Origin: an uncultured Alphaproteobacteria bacterium
Lineage (GTDB): Bacteria; Pseudomonadota; Alphaproteobacteria; Rhizobiales; Methylopilaceae
NCBI GenBank assembly: GCA_963778835.1
Contig: CAVZVY010000009.1
Span: forward strand, 361,744-425,743
Direction: 5' to 3'
DNA length: 64,000 nucleotides
The notes beneath the pieces were generated by a model that saw nothing but the letters and a program-made list of their open reading frames with translations, made no database searches and was not told the DNA's origin. A program made the position numbers and the translations under genes. Shown one piece after another: positions 20,745 through 29,304 of the stretch. Position 1 is the first letter of the stretch. Every line of letters starts with the position of its first letter.

Positions 20745-21782
20745 ATGATCTGGCAGACGGTTCGGCTGTCTCTCCACGCCGCAGCGATCACGGTCGCGAC
20801 GCTGGGATATGCCCACGCGGCGCAACTCATCGTCGACGCTCAGGGGAAGCAGGACGCTTCGGCTGGGCTCTTCAAAAAGGTGCAGGACGCACTGCAGGCG
20901 GCCCAGCCGGGAGATGTGATCGAGGTGCGGCCCGGCACCTATCGGGAAGAAATCAGGACCGTAAGGTCCGGTCTTCCCGGAAAGCCGATTACTATTCGGG
21001 GGCAGCCCGGCGCGCAGCTCGTCGCGAAGAATACCTATGACGGGCGTCTGTTCAGCATTTATCACAATTACATCAACGTCACCGGACTGAAGATGAGTCA
21101 GGCGGCGATACTTATGTACGTCTTTGGCGGATCGAATAATGAGATCAGTGGTAACGAATTCGTGGACGCGGGTGGCGAGTGTGTTCGTGTCAAATACTTT
21201 GCACGCAACAACCTGATCGAGAACAACAAGATCAGCAATTGCGGCAATCGCGGCTTCAACCCGGCCACCAAGAAGAAGAACGGGGAGGGCGTCTATATCG
21301 GCACGGCGCCCGAACAACTGCAGCGCAATCCCGAGGTGAAGGTTCCGGCAAACAGCCCGATCGGAAAGCCGACCAGCGAGCCCGACCGCAGCACAGCGAA
21401 TATCGTTCGGGGCAATACGATTCACACGCCAGCGGAATGCGTGGACATCAAGGAATCCTCGTACGGCAATCTGGTCATTGGAAATAATTGCAGCGGTAAT
21501 CGTGACCCCGACAGCGCCGGATTTTCGGCCCGCGGCGACAGCAACCGTTTCGAGAACAATCGCCTTTCCGGAGCCATTGCCGGCGCCGGTATCCGTCTCG
21601 GCGGAGACGAGGAGAATCAGGGCGTCAACAACGTGGTGGTCGGCAATGTGTTCATGAACACGGTCGGTTACGCCGTGAAAGACGTGCGCGAACCGCAGGG
21701 TGCCGTTTGCGGCAACAAGATCGGCAATAACGAGGCTGGGATTTCGAGGTCCGGCGTGGACCCGACGAGTGGGTGCAACTGA
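20745..21782 (+). CDS. Secreted right-handed beta-helix protein, putative polysaccharide (alginate) lyase, PL31-like
   Basis: AAGGAG RBS, signal peptide, QDALxAAQPGDVIEVRPGTY cap, Asn-ladder repeats, GEGVYIG and ECVDIKE motifs. Confidence 0.65.
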   Translation: MIWQTVRLSLHAAAITVATLGYAHAAQLIVDAQGKQDASAGLFKKVQDALQAAQPGDVIEVRPGTYREEIRTVRSGLPGKPITIRGQPGAQLVAKNTYDGRLFSIYHNYINVTGLKMSQAAILMYVFGGSNNEISGNEFVDAGGECVRVKYFARNNLIENNKISNCGNRGFNPATKKKNGEGVYIGTAPEQLQRNPEVKVPANSPIGKPTSEPDRSTANIVRGNTIHTPAECVDIKESSYGNLVIGNNCSGNRDPDSAGFSARGDSNRFENNRLSGAIAGAGIRLGGDEENQGVNNVVVGNVFMNTVGYAVKDVREPQGAVCGNKIGNNEAGISRSGVDPTSGCN

Positions 21783-22489
21783 TGGCGACCGATACTTCCG
21801 GCGCCTGGAGATCGCGCCGAACCCGGCTTTCGCTCAAAGGTCTTGGCGGCATCGGCAAGCTTTTGCCTACCGGACGGCAGGACGTGGCGCCGACCGGCCA
21901 GGCGGCGCAGGTCGATATCCTTCTCGACAAGATCCGCGAGCAGGAACGGCGGATTGCCGAACTCGAGGAAATGGCGGTCATCGACCCGCTGACCGAAGTA
22001 CTGAACCGGCGGGGGTTCGAACGCTCTCTCGTTTTGGCCCTGGACCAGCACGTGCGCTATGGCACCGAGGTATCGATCGCCGTCGTCGATATCGACGACT
22101 TCAAGGCGATCAACGATCGTTTCGGCCATGCAGTCGGAGACGAGGTGCTCGTGCGCGTGGCGCGGCATCTCAGGTCCAGCCTGCGCGCGTCGGACATCGT
22201 GGCCAGGACGGGCGGCGACGAGTTTGTCGTTCTCCTCTGGCACCTCGACGCCCGCCGGGCGTCGCGTCGTCTCGCCAGCCTTCTGTCGGCGATCAAGGAC
22301 ATTCCGACGGGGAGCCGCCGGGTCGGCCCATCCGTCGGTCTCTCGTTTGGCGTGGCTGGGTTCGAAGACGGCGACAGCGCCGTCGACGTCCTGAGCCGGG
22401 CGGACAAACGGATGTATGCGCGCAAAAAGCGGCGTTCGCTGCGACGGAAGGAAACCGTCTCGGCAATGGCGAAAGAGAGCGGCGTCTAA
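21782..22489 (+). CDS. Cytoplasmic diguanylate cyclase (coiled coil plus GGDEF)
   Basis: DPLTxVLNRR, DIDDFKAINDRFGHAVGD, RxxD I-site (RASD) five residues before GGDEF. TGATG overlap with the upstream gene. Confidence 0.92.
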   Translation: MATDTSGAWRSRRTRLSLKGLGGIGKLLPTGRQDVAPTGQAAQVDILLDKIREQERRIAELEEMAVIDPLTEVLNRRGFERSLVLALDQHVRYGTEVSIAVVDIDDFKAINDRFGHAVGDEVLVRVARHLRSSLRASDIVARTGGDEFVVLLWHLDARRASRRLASLLSAIKDIPTGSRRVGPSVGLSFGVAGFEDGDSAVDVLSRADKRMYARKKRRSLRRKETVSAMAKESGV

Positions 22490-22510
22490 CCGAAGCAACA
22501 GGAGCGAGAT

Positions 22511-23944
22511 ATGAGCAAAGAGACCTCTAAGATCATCCCCGTCCTGCTGTCTGGAGGCACCGGGACCCGGCTGTGGCCGCTGTCACGGGAGGCATATCCG
22601 AAGCAGTTTCTGCCGCTCGTAGACCATGAGACCCTGCTGCAGCAGGCCGCGCTCAGAACGCTCGACCGCGCTCAATTTGGCAGCTTGATCGTGGTCGCCA
22701 ACGCCGATCACCGCTTCGTCATTGCCGAACAGCTCCGGACCTTCGCACGGCCGGCGCCGCGTATCGTGCTGGAGCCCTTCGGCCGCAATACGGCGCCCGC
22801 GGCGGCGGTGGCGGCGCTGCTCGCCGAAGCCGACGATCCTGACGCCCTGATCCTGCTGATGCCGGCCGATCACGTCATCTCGGATGCCGAGGCGTTCCTC
22901 GCCGCCGTCGCAGCCGGTGAGCCGGCGGCACGCAACGGTTCCCTCATACTGTTCGGAATCCAGCCCGCCAGCGCAGCGACGGGCTATGGCTACATCCAGA
23001 AGGGCGATGTCCTCGAAATTGCGACGGGCGTCCATTCGGTCCGCCAGTTCGTCGAGAAACCGGACCAGCTCACAGCAGAGCGCTATCTGGGGTCCGGAGA
23101 CTTCCTTTGGAACAGCGGCATCTTCCTGCTGCCCGCGCGTCGTTTCCTCGACGAACTGCAGATCCATGCGCCGGCCGTTCTCGATGCCGCGCGCGCGGCG
23201 GTCGCGAATTCCAGCCGCGACATGGATTTCCTTCGTCTCGATAGCGACGCCTTCAGCGCCTCGCCCTCGATCTCGATCGATTACGCGGTGTTCGAGAAGA
23301 GCGCCAATTGCGCGGTCGTCCCAACATCGATGCCCTGGACCGATGTCGGATCCTATTCCGCACTTTGGGATATCGGCGAGAAGGATGCGGCCGGCAATGT
23401 CGGCCATGGCGACGTTTTTCTGCAGGACTCTCACAATTGCTATGTCCGCAGCGAAGGTCCGCTCGTGGCAACCCTCGGCGTCGACGATCTCGTCGTCGTC
23501 GCAACTTCCGATGTGGTCCTGGTCGTGCCGAAAAGCCGCGACCAGGACATCAAGCGGATCGTCGAGCAATTGAAGGCGAAGGGACGGTCGGCGGCGACGC
23601 AGACGGTGCTCGTGCATCGGCCATGGGGCTTCTACGAGTTGGTCCATTCGGGCGATCGCTTTCAGGTGAAGCAGATCACCGTCCATCCGGGCGGCAAGCT
23701 ATCGCTGCAGAAGCATCATCATCGAGCCGAGCACTGGGTGGTCGTTTACGGCACCGCGCAGGTGACCAGGGATGACGAGAAGTTCCTCGTCTACGAGAAC
23801 CAGTCGGTCTTCCTGCCGCTCGGCTGCGTCCATCGGCTGGAGAATCCGGGCCTCGTTCCGCTCAAGCTGATCGAAGTTCAGTCAGGCTCGTATCTGGGCG
23901 AGGATGACATCGTCAGGCTGGAAGACATCTATGCGCGCGCCTGA
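22511..23944 (+). CDS. algA: Bifunctional mannose-1-phosphate guanylyltransferase / phosphomannose isomerase
   Basis: LSGGTGTRLWPLSR, PKQF, EPFGRNTAPA, FVEKPD, WNSGIF, SIDYAV, RPWG, LSLQKHHHRAEHW. Confidence 0.95.
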   Translation: MSKETSKIIPVLLSGGTGTRLWPLSREAYPKQFLPLVDHETLLQQAALRTLDRAQFGSLIVVANADHRFVIAEQLRTFARPAPRIVLEPFGRNTAPAAAVAALLAEADDPDALILLMPADHVISDAEAFLAAVAAGEPAARNGSLILFGIQPASAATGYGYIQKGDVLEIATGVHSVRQFVEKPDQLTAERYLGSGDFLWNSGIFLLPARRFLDELQIHAPAVLDAARAAVANSSRDMDFLRLDSDAFSASPSISIDYAVFEKSANCAVVPTSMPWTDVGSYSALWDIGEKDAAGNVGHGDVFLQDSHNCYVRSEGPLVATLGVDDLVVVATSDVVLVVPKSRDQDIKRIVEQLKAKGRSAATQTVLVHRPWGFYELVHSGDRFQVKQITVHPGGKLSLQKHHHRAEHWVVVYGTAQVTRDDEKFLVYENQSVFLPLGCVHRLENPGLVPLKLIEVQSGSYLGEDDIVRLEDIYARA

Positions 23945-23974
23945 ACATTGGCCACGCAAAGCGGCAGGTGACCC

Positions 23975-24058
23975 ATGTTGACGGTAATTCAGTTGAGCAT
24001 CTCTTTGCTTGGAGGAGCGCTGCTGGTGGCTTCGTTTCTCTATTGGCTTCTGATCTAA
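23975..24058 (+). CDS. Candidate 27-aa single-TM small protein
   Basis: MLTVIQLSISLLGGALLVASFLYWLLI*, with an AGGTG RBS-like sequence upstream, 30 nt after algA. Confidence 0.4.
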   Translation: MLTVIQLSISLLGGALLVASFLYWLLI

Positions 24059-24139
24059 ATAAAACCGGGGCGTACAATATACGTGAAATGAGATTTCAGG
24101 CGACGTTATCCATTAGCTGAAGTTCAGCCAATTCGAGGG

Positions 24140-24433
24140 ATGACCATGAACGACTTCAACAAGACTCTGGTAGGCTGGGATTTGTCTGCTGCTGCATCCG
24201 CGATGATCGGCGCAAAACTGTCCCCCGAAATGAGCGTGGCAATCGATGTCTGGATCGATCAGCAACCCGAACCCAAACCCTCGCGATCCGAAGTGGTGAG
24301 GCGGGCGCTGACCATGTTGTTGTCCGATCAGAAGTCGATCGGGGGGCGTTTCACGCGTCCCGGTGCCGGCCCGTCGAAGCGCGTTGGAACGCGGGCCAAC
24401 GCCATGCGCAAGCGGGAGAGAGCGCCGTCGTAA
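24140..24433 (+). CDS. Ribbon-helix-helix (CopG/Arc-like) DNA-binding protein
   Basis: MIGAKLSPEMSVAIDVWIDQQPEPKPSRSEVVRRAL: a beta strand, a helix, then an SRSE-capped second helix. Confidence 0.65.
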   Translation: MTMNDFNKTLVGWDLSAAASAMIGAKLSPEMSVAIDVWIDQQPEPKPSRSEVVRRALTMLLSDQKSIGGRFTRPGAGPSKRVGTRANAMRKRERAPS

Positions 24434-24476
24434 TCCGGGGGCGAGCGGCATATTGCGCCGCACGCCCCTCGGATCG
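24434..24476. terminator. Hairpin between convergent genes, possibly a bidirectional terminator
   Basis: Imperfect stem TCCG-GGGGCG-A-GCGGC...GCCGC-A-CGCCCC-T-CGGA. Confidence 0.5.
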
Positions 24477-24481
24477 TTCTT

Positions 24482-25762
24482 TCAGATGATCAGAAAATCC
24501 GACGCCGTCAGATGTGCGTGGTTCTGAAGCGTCGCGAACTGGACCGCGGCTTTGGAACCTGAGCCGTCTTCGTCGTAGAAGAGAGCGCCCGTCTTCTCGT
24601 TGTAGATGACATTGTCGTTCTTATCGACCGCCTGGCTGCCGTAGACGAACTGCGACGACGACAGGTTTCCGCTTTTCAGGTTTCCGAACGCCGTATCGTT
24701 CATCCTGATCGTGTCGTCGATCACGTTGAAGTCCGTGATCGTGTCGACGTTCGTCTTGCCGGCTTTGGTGTCGAAGGTGAAGTAGTCCTTGCCTGCGCCG
24801 CCGGTCAGGACGTCGTTGCCCAGCTTGCCGTAGAGCTTGTCGTCTCCTCCAGCACCGCGGATCAGATCGTTTGATTCCTTCCCGCTGATCGTGTCGGCCT
24901 TGCTGGTGCCGTCGAAGGTCTTGGTCGTGTCAGGCGTCGACGGCGTCGAAGTAGGCGGCTTCGGCACGGACGGAGTGGAAGGTGGAGTTTCGGGGGCCGT
25001 CTCCGTGGGCGGAGGGGTCGTGGGGACAGTGGTCGTTCCGTCGTGATTGAAGCCTAGCGAATAGAACGAGGTCTGGCCGCTGCCCGATCCGGTATCTTCG
25101 TTCACCCCGAGATACGCGCCTGCCTTGAAGTAGAGGGAGTCGCTGTCCCAGACGTCATTGATTTTGGTGACCGACTTGTACTCCTGCCCATCGGCATAGA
25201 CGCGAACGTCGAGCACGTCGTCGTGCGCGTCGATCGAATAGGAGAACTTCTCGTTCAGCGAGACATTGGGATTCTTGCCGGAGCTGTCGACGAGCTTGAA
25301 CGTCGTCTCCTTGTTACCCGAACCGGCCTGGTCGTTGACGAAGTAGACCGTCCCGTTGTCCCAGTAGAGCCGGACGAGTTCATGGTCTTCGCCATGGATC
25401 TGTCCAACCACGAGGCGGCCAGTCGTGCCGTCCGACTTGATCGGAGCCTTGTCGACTTCGAGGGTCGCCGACATGAAGCCACCGGTCTTGAGATTCCAAG
25501 CGGCGCGCTCGCCGTCGTCCATCTCGCGAAGCTCGGAGCGGGCATATTTCGAGCCGCTGGTGGTGGCGCCGTCGACCGAGGCGTTGAAGATCATCGCTCC
25601 GTCGGTGCCGGTGTAGAAATACTTTGAGTTTTGATACCCGCTAAGGTTCTCCACCTCGACGGCGGTGCCGGAGATCGAGCCTTTGGAATCCACCGGCAGG
25701 GTGATCTTCCAGTCGGAGAGATCGAAATTTGCACTAGGCGCGGTGCCCGGTTGTAAAGCCAT
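24482..25762 (-). CDS. T1SS-secreted PL7 alginate lyase with Pro/Thr linker and RTX C-terminus
   Basis: FDLSDWKITLP, YARSELRE, GQIHG and YFKAGAY are PL7 signature motifs. No signal peptide, GGxGxD repeats, ends in LTASDFLII. Confidence 0.92.
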   Translation of the reverse strand: MALQPGTAPSANFDLSDWKITLPVDSKGSISGTAVEVENLSGYQNSKYFYTGTDGAMIFNASVDGATTSGSKYARSELREMDDGERAAWNLKTGGFMSATLEVDKAPIKSDGTTGRLVVGQIHGEDHELVRLYWDNGTVYFVNDQAGSGNKETTFKLVDSSGKNPNVSLNEKFSYSIDAHDDVLDVRVYADGQEYKSVTKINDVWDSDSLYFKAGAYLGVNEDTGSGSGQTSFYSLGFNHDGTTTVPTTPPPTETAPETPPSTPSVPKPPTSTPSTPDTTKTFDGTSKADTISGKESNDLIRGAGGDDKLYGKLGNDVLTGGAGKDYFTFDTKAGKTNVDTITDFNVIDDTIRMNDTAFGNLKSGNLSSSQFVYGSQAVDKNDNVIYNEKTGALFYDEDGSGSKAAVQFATLQNHAHLTASDFLII

Positions 25763-26203
25763 GATCGTACCCCCAAAGTCTCTTGCAGTACTGAAGAGAA
25801 TTGTATTTGATGGTGCTGAGATAAAATTCAGAAAGAAGGAAGTAATGTGATCTTGTTTTTAAGATTATTGTTTGTTGTGAGTAGAAACCTGGATTAAGAC
25901 GGCGTCATGGAAGCAATGGGGCCGTCGAAAGGCGCTTTCCGGCACTAAAAAATCCTGGACCCAACTTGCTCAACTCGTCTTCGGCTAGGAAATATATGCT
26001 ATTACAGAGACATGAGCGATTGACTTAAGGCGCGGTGCGAACGCTCCGGTTGCCTTAGTGCGTTTTGCAGTCGCCGGGGAGGTTTCGGTCGTCGCGGACT
26101 GCCGGAGGGGCTCGTGCCGCAAGCTGTGGCGCTGCTGGGCGGCATCGACCTTCTCGTCAACAATGCGGGCTACTCTCATCATTGGGAAAGATGACGGGCT
26201 TAG

Positions 26204-26848
26204 ATGGCGACAACGTTCCTGACCGACGGTCCTGACCACGCGAAACATGCGATTCTCCTCGCCCACGGAGCTGGCGCTCCCATGGATTCCGTGTCGATGA
26301 CGGCGACTGCGGAAGCTCTGGCTGGATCAGGATTTCGCGTTGTCCGCTTTGAGTTTGGCTACATGGCGAGCCGTCGAAGCGAGGAGGGACGCAAGCCGCC
26401 CCCGCGTGCGGAGAAACTCATTCCGGAATACATCGCTGCGATCGATGCGCTCGAATGGAAAGGCCCGCTCATCATAGGCGGCAAGTCGATGGGCGGGCGC
26501 GTCGCGAGCATGGTCGCCGATGATCTGCACGCAGCCGGCCGGATCGCTGGTCTGCTGTGTCTCGGCTATCCCTTCCATCCGCCGGCCAAACCCGACCAGT
26601 TGCGCACGGCGCATCTCGCTGGACTGAAGGCGCCGACGCTCATCGTACAAGGAACGCGAGATGAGTTTGGCGGCCGGGAGGAGGTATCGACCTATGCGCT
26701 TTCAAAGAGCATCGAGATCCTCTGGCTCGATGACGGCGATCACGACCTGAAGCCGCGAAAGACCATATCCGGCTTTTCGGCGGCCGATCACCTGAGGACA
26801 TTGGTGCAAACAGTCTCGGCCTGGGTCGAAAGGATCGAGAGGCACTAA
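26204..26848 (+). CDS. Alpha/beta hydrolase family protein
   Basis: LAHGAGAPMDS, GGKSMGG nucleophile elbow, QGTRD, GDHD. Confidence 0.85.
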   Translation: MATTFLTDGPDHAKHAILLAHGAGAPMDSVSMTATAEALAGSGFRVVRFEFGYMASRRSEEGRKPPPRAEKLIPEYIAAIDALEWKGPLIIGGKSMGGRVASMVADDLHAAGRIAGLLCLGYPFHPPAKPDQLRTAHLAGLKAPTLIVQGTRDEFGGREEVSTYALSKSIEILWLDDGDHDLKPRKTISGFSAADHLRTLVQTVSAWVERIERH

Positions 26849-26879
26849 TGGCGCGAAGCGGGCATTTTCAACCGTCCGC

Positions 26880-28484
26880 TCATAACTTGGTTTTCGGTGT
26901 GAGCGGCCCCGCCGGAGCGGCACGCATCAAGCCGATCAGCATCAGGCCAACGATGGCCGCCCAGAAGGCCACCGCAAACCCATCGATGGTGGACAGAACG
27001 TGGGCCTGGCGCCGCACGAGCGACGCCACCGTAGCTGTGGCGCGCGCCAGAGCCACTTCTGGTGATGCATCATGCTCGGCAAATCGGCCGACCAGACGCG
27101 CCAGGGTCTGCACAACCTCGTTGTCGCCGGCCGCCACGTGCAGGCCGATAAGATTTGAATGGACCTGCTCACGAACGCGAAGCCAAGTGGTCATCGCGGC
27201 CGAGGCCAACTGGATGGCATCGAGGCGCATCACCTGGATGTAGGCGACTAACGCGGTGGCTTGCGCCGGATTCGAGTTCGACATCGCGAAGATCAGCAAG
27301 CCGGTGAAGGTGAGCCCCTGGCCGATGGACTGTGCGAGCGCCATCGGAATGAAGTCGTCGGGCGCCCATTCGCTTGTGATACGCGTCCCCATCCAGCCGG
27401 CGATGGCAAAGCTGGTCAGGCCAAGCATAGCGACGAGCCGAGGATCGACCCGGCGCAGCAGATAGACAGCGGCGACCATCACGGCGATCAGCGGCAGTGC
27501 AACGTAAGTGACGAGTACGCCGCCGATCTGCTCAGGCCGCAGTCCACCGACATTGGTGAGGAAGCTCGTGACCAACATCGTGTTCGACAGGCTGGTGACC
27601 ATGTAGGTCATCAGAGTCAGGAGCACCAAGATGACGTTGCGCGACATCAGCACCTTCGGGCTCGCCCAAGGGTTCGGCGACCAGCGCTTCGTTGACGATA
27701 AAGGCGCCCACGAGCGCTCCGCCGCCACCGAGCAGGGCGATCACCGTGCCCGAACTCGAGCCAATCCAGTCTGTTCCCCTGGTCGAGACCCGCATAGATC
27801 AGGGAGAGGCCGGTCCCGAGCAGGAGCATGCCGCCCCAGTCAGCATTGGCGAGGAACTGGTGATTGAGGCGTTCGCGCGGCGTGCCGAACCATGTCAGCA
27901 GCGCCATCAGCACGGCCACCACGGCATCCTGCCAGTAGAGCCACTGCCAGCCGAGATGTTGCACATAGAGGTCGACGAGCGATACGCCGCTATTGCCCGT
28001 GAAGGACAGTCGGAACGAATAGGCCGCGAGGCCGACGACCCACCACTGCACCGGCAGGTTCCGAAGCACGATCATGATGGTCGCCGGGATGAAGATCCCG
28101 AGCAGAAGGCCGTGAATGAAGTGCAGAACCAGGAGAGTCTGGTAGTCGCGAACGAAAGGGATGATCAGCGACGTCGCGATGTAGAGCAGGCTCGGCCCGA
28201 TCAACACTCGGCGCAACCCGAATACCACCGCGCCAGGCGACTGCGGGCGCGACGATAAGCTGTGGCGCGGTCGCGACCGTGGCGAGCCACGCGCCTTCAT
28301 CGAAGGACAGGCCGAACACGCCTCGCAGATCTGGCAGGCCGAGCGCGAACAGTCGTGTGTCGTAGCTCACGATGAAGGCGCCGAGCAGCACCGCGCCGAC
28401 GGCCAGTAGTGGGCGCTGTGATGCCCGGGCGTCGGAGCCGTCGCCTTTATTGATGGCTTCCGCGGATAGGCTGAGCGCGCTCAA
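26880..28484 (-). pseudogene. DHA2/EmrB-like MFS efflux permease split over three frames
   Basis: Hydrophobic MFS pieces in ORFs 27990..28661, 27647..28300 and 26880..27728 (LPDLRGVFGLSFDEGAW; LDQGNRLDW; LRVREQVHSN). The start is approximate. Confidence 0.7.
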
Positions 28485-28685
28485 CTCATAACGGCGCACG
28501 ACGGGCGGGAAGTGCTCTCGACCAATCCTGCCGCAGTGACAGTCACAGTGTCTGGACCGAGATCGAGCGTGGATGATGACGGCTCGGCCATCCGAGGAAT
28601 CGCGACCCAGGAACCAGGCGTCCCCGTTCGCGCTGCGATAGAGTTCCCGCCTATCGGGCATGCTGTCTCCGGCTAACTTTTGTTG

Positions 28686-28811
28686 TTACCGCGGTGCATC
28701 AGACGTCATGGCCGGAGCTGGAGTGTCGATGCCGTCGACCTGGGACAGGATGGCGAACCCGCCCACGCCTCCGATGATCAGAATGAGGGCGATCCAAACT
28801 CTTCGGCTCAT
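28686..28811 (-). CDS. Candidate 41-aa membrane-anchored small protein
   Basis: MSRRVWIALILIIGGVGGFAILSQVDGIDTPAPAMTSDAPR*, with a GGAGG RBS upstream. Confidence 0.5.
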   Translation of the reverse strand: MSRRVWIALILIIGGVGGFAILSQVDGIDTPAPAMTSDAPR

Positions 28812-28993
28812 GTGGCGCCCTCCGATCACCCTCAATCAGGCTCGAAGCGGGCCGTTCCTTCACAGTTGCGGCACCAAAGCCATGAGCAACACCTGAGATC
28901 GAGGCCGGCACGCACAACCGTCCTCGTTAGCTGGCTCGGCTGGATCAAGGGAAGCAAGAAGCGGGCGGGAGGAAAGTCAAGAAGGAGCGCCGC

Positions 28994-29218
28994 ATGATCG
29001 ACCGGGAGCACTACATCGTCGTTCGCCGCGAAGGCCTGGAATGGTGCGTATTCACCGAAGAAGGTTCGGTGTGCATGCGATTCCTCGATGCTGCTATCCA
29101 AGCCGCCATGACGTTCGCTTCCCGGAAATCGGAAGGACATCCGATCAGGGTCGAGATCAAGAATCCAGAGGCTGACGAAGCGGGCTTGACGTTGGACGCT
29201 GCCAGCGCGCGACAGTGA
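28994..29218 (+). CDS. Small hypothetical protein (DUF2188-like)
   Basis: AAGGAG RBS; YIVVRREGLEWCV...AAIQAAMTFA pattern. Confidence 0.45.
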   Translation: MIDREHYIVVRREGLEWCVFTEEGSVCMRFLDAAIQAAMTFASRKSEGHPIRVEIKNPEADEAGLTLDAASARQ

Positions 29219-29304
29219 TGCCCGAGCTGGCGCGCCTCATCCTGCGCCGCCCGGCAGCCGGGGCCAGATCCAAGCAGATCGCTCGTCGCGCGAATGTCCG
29301 CTTC

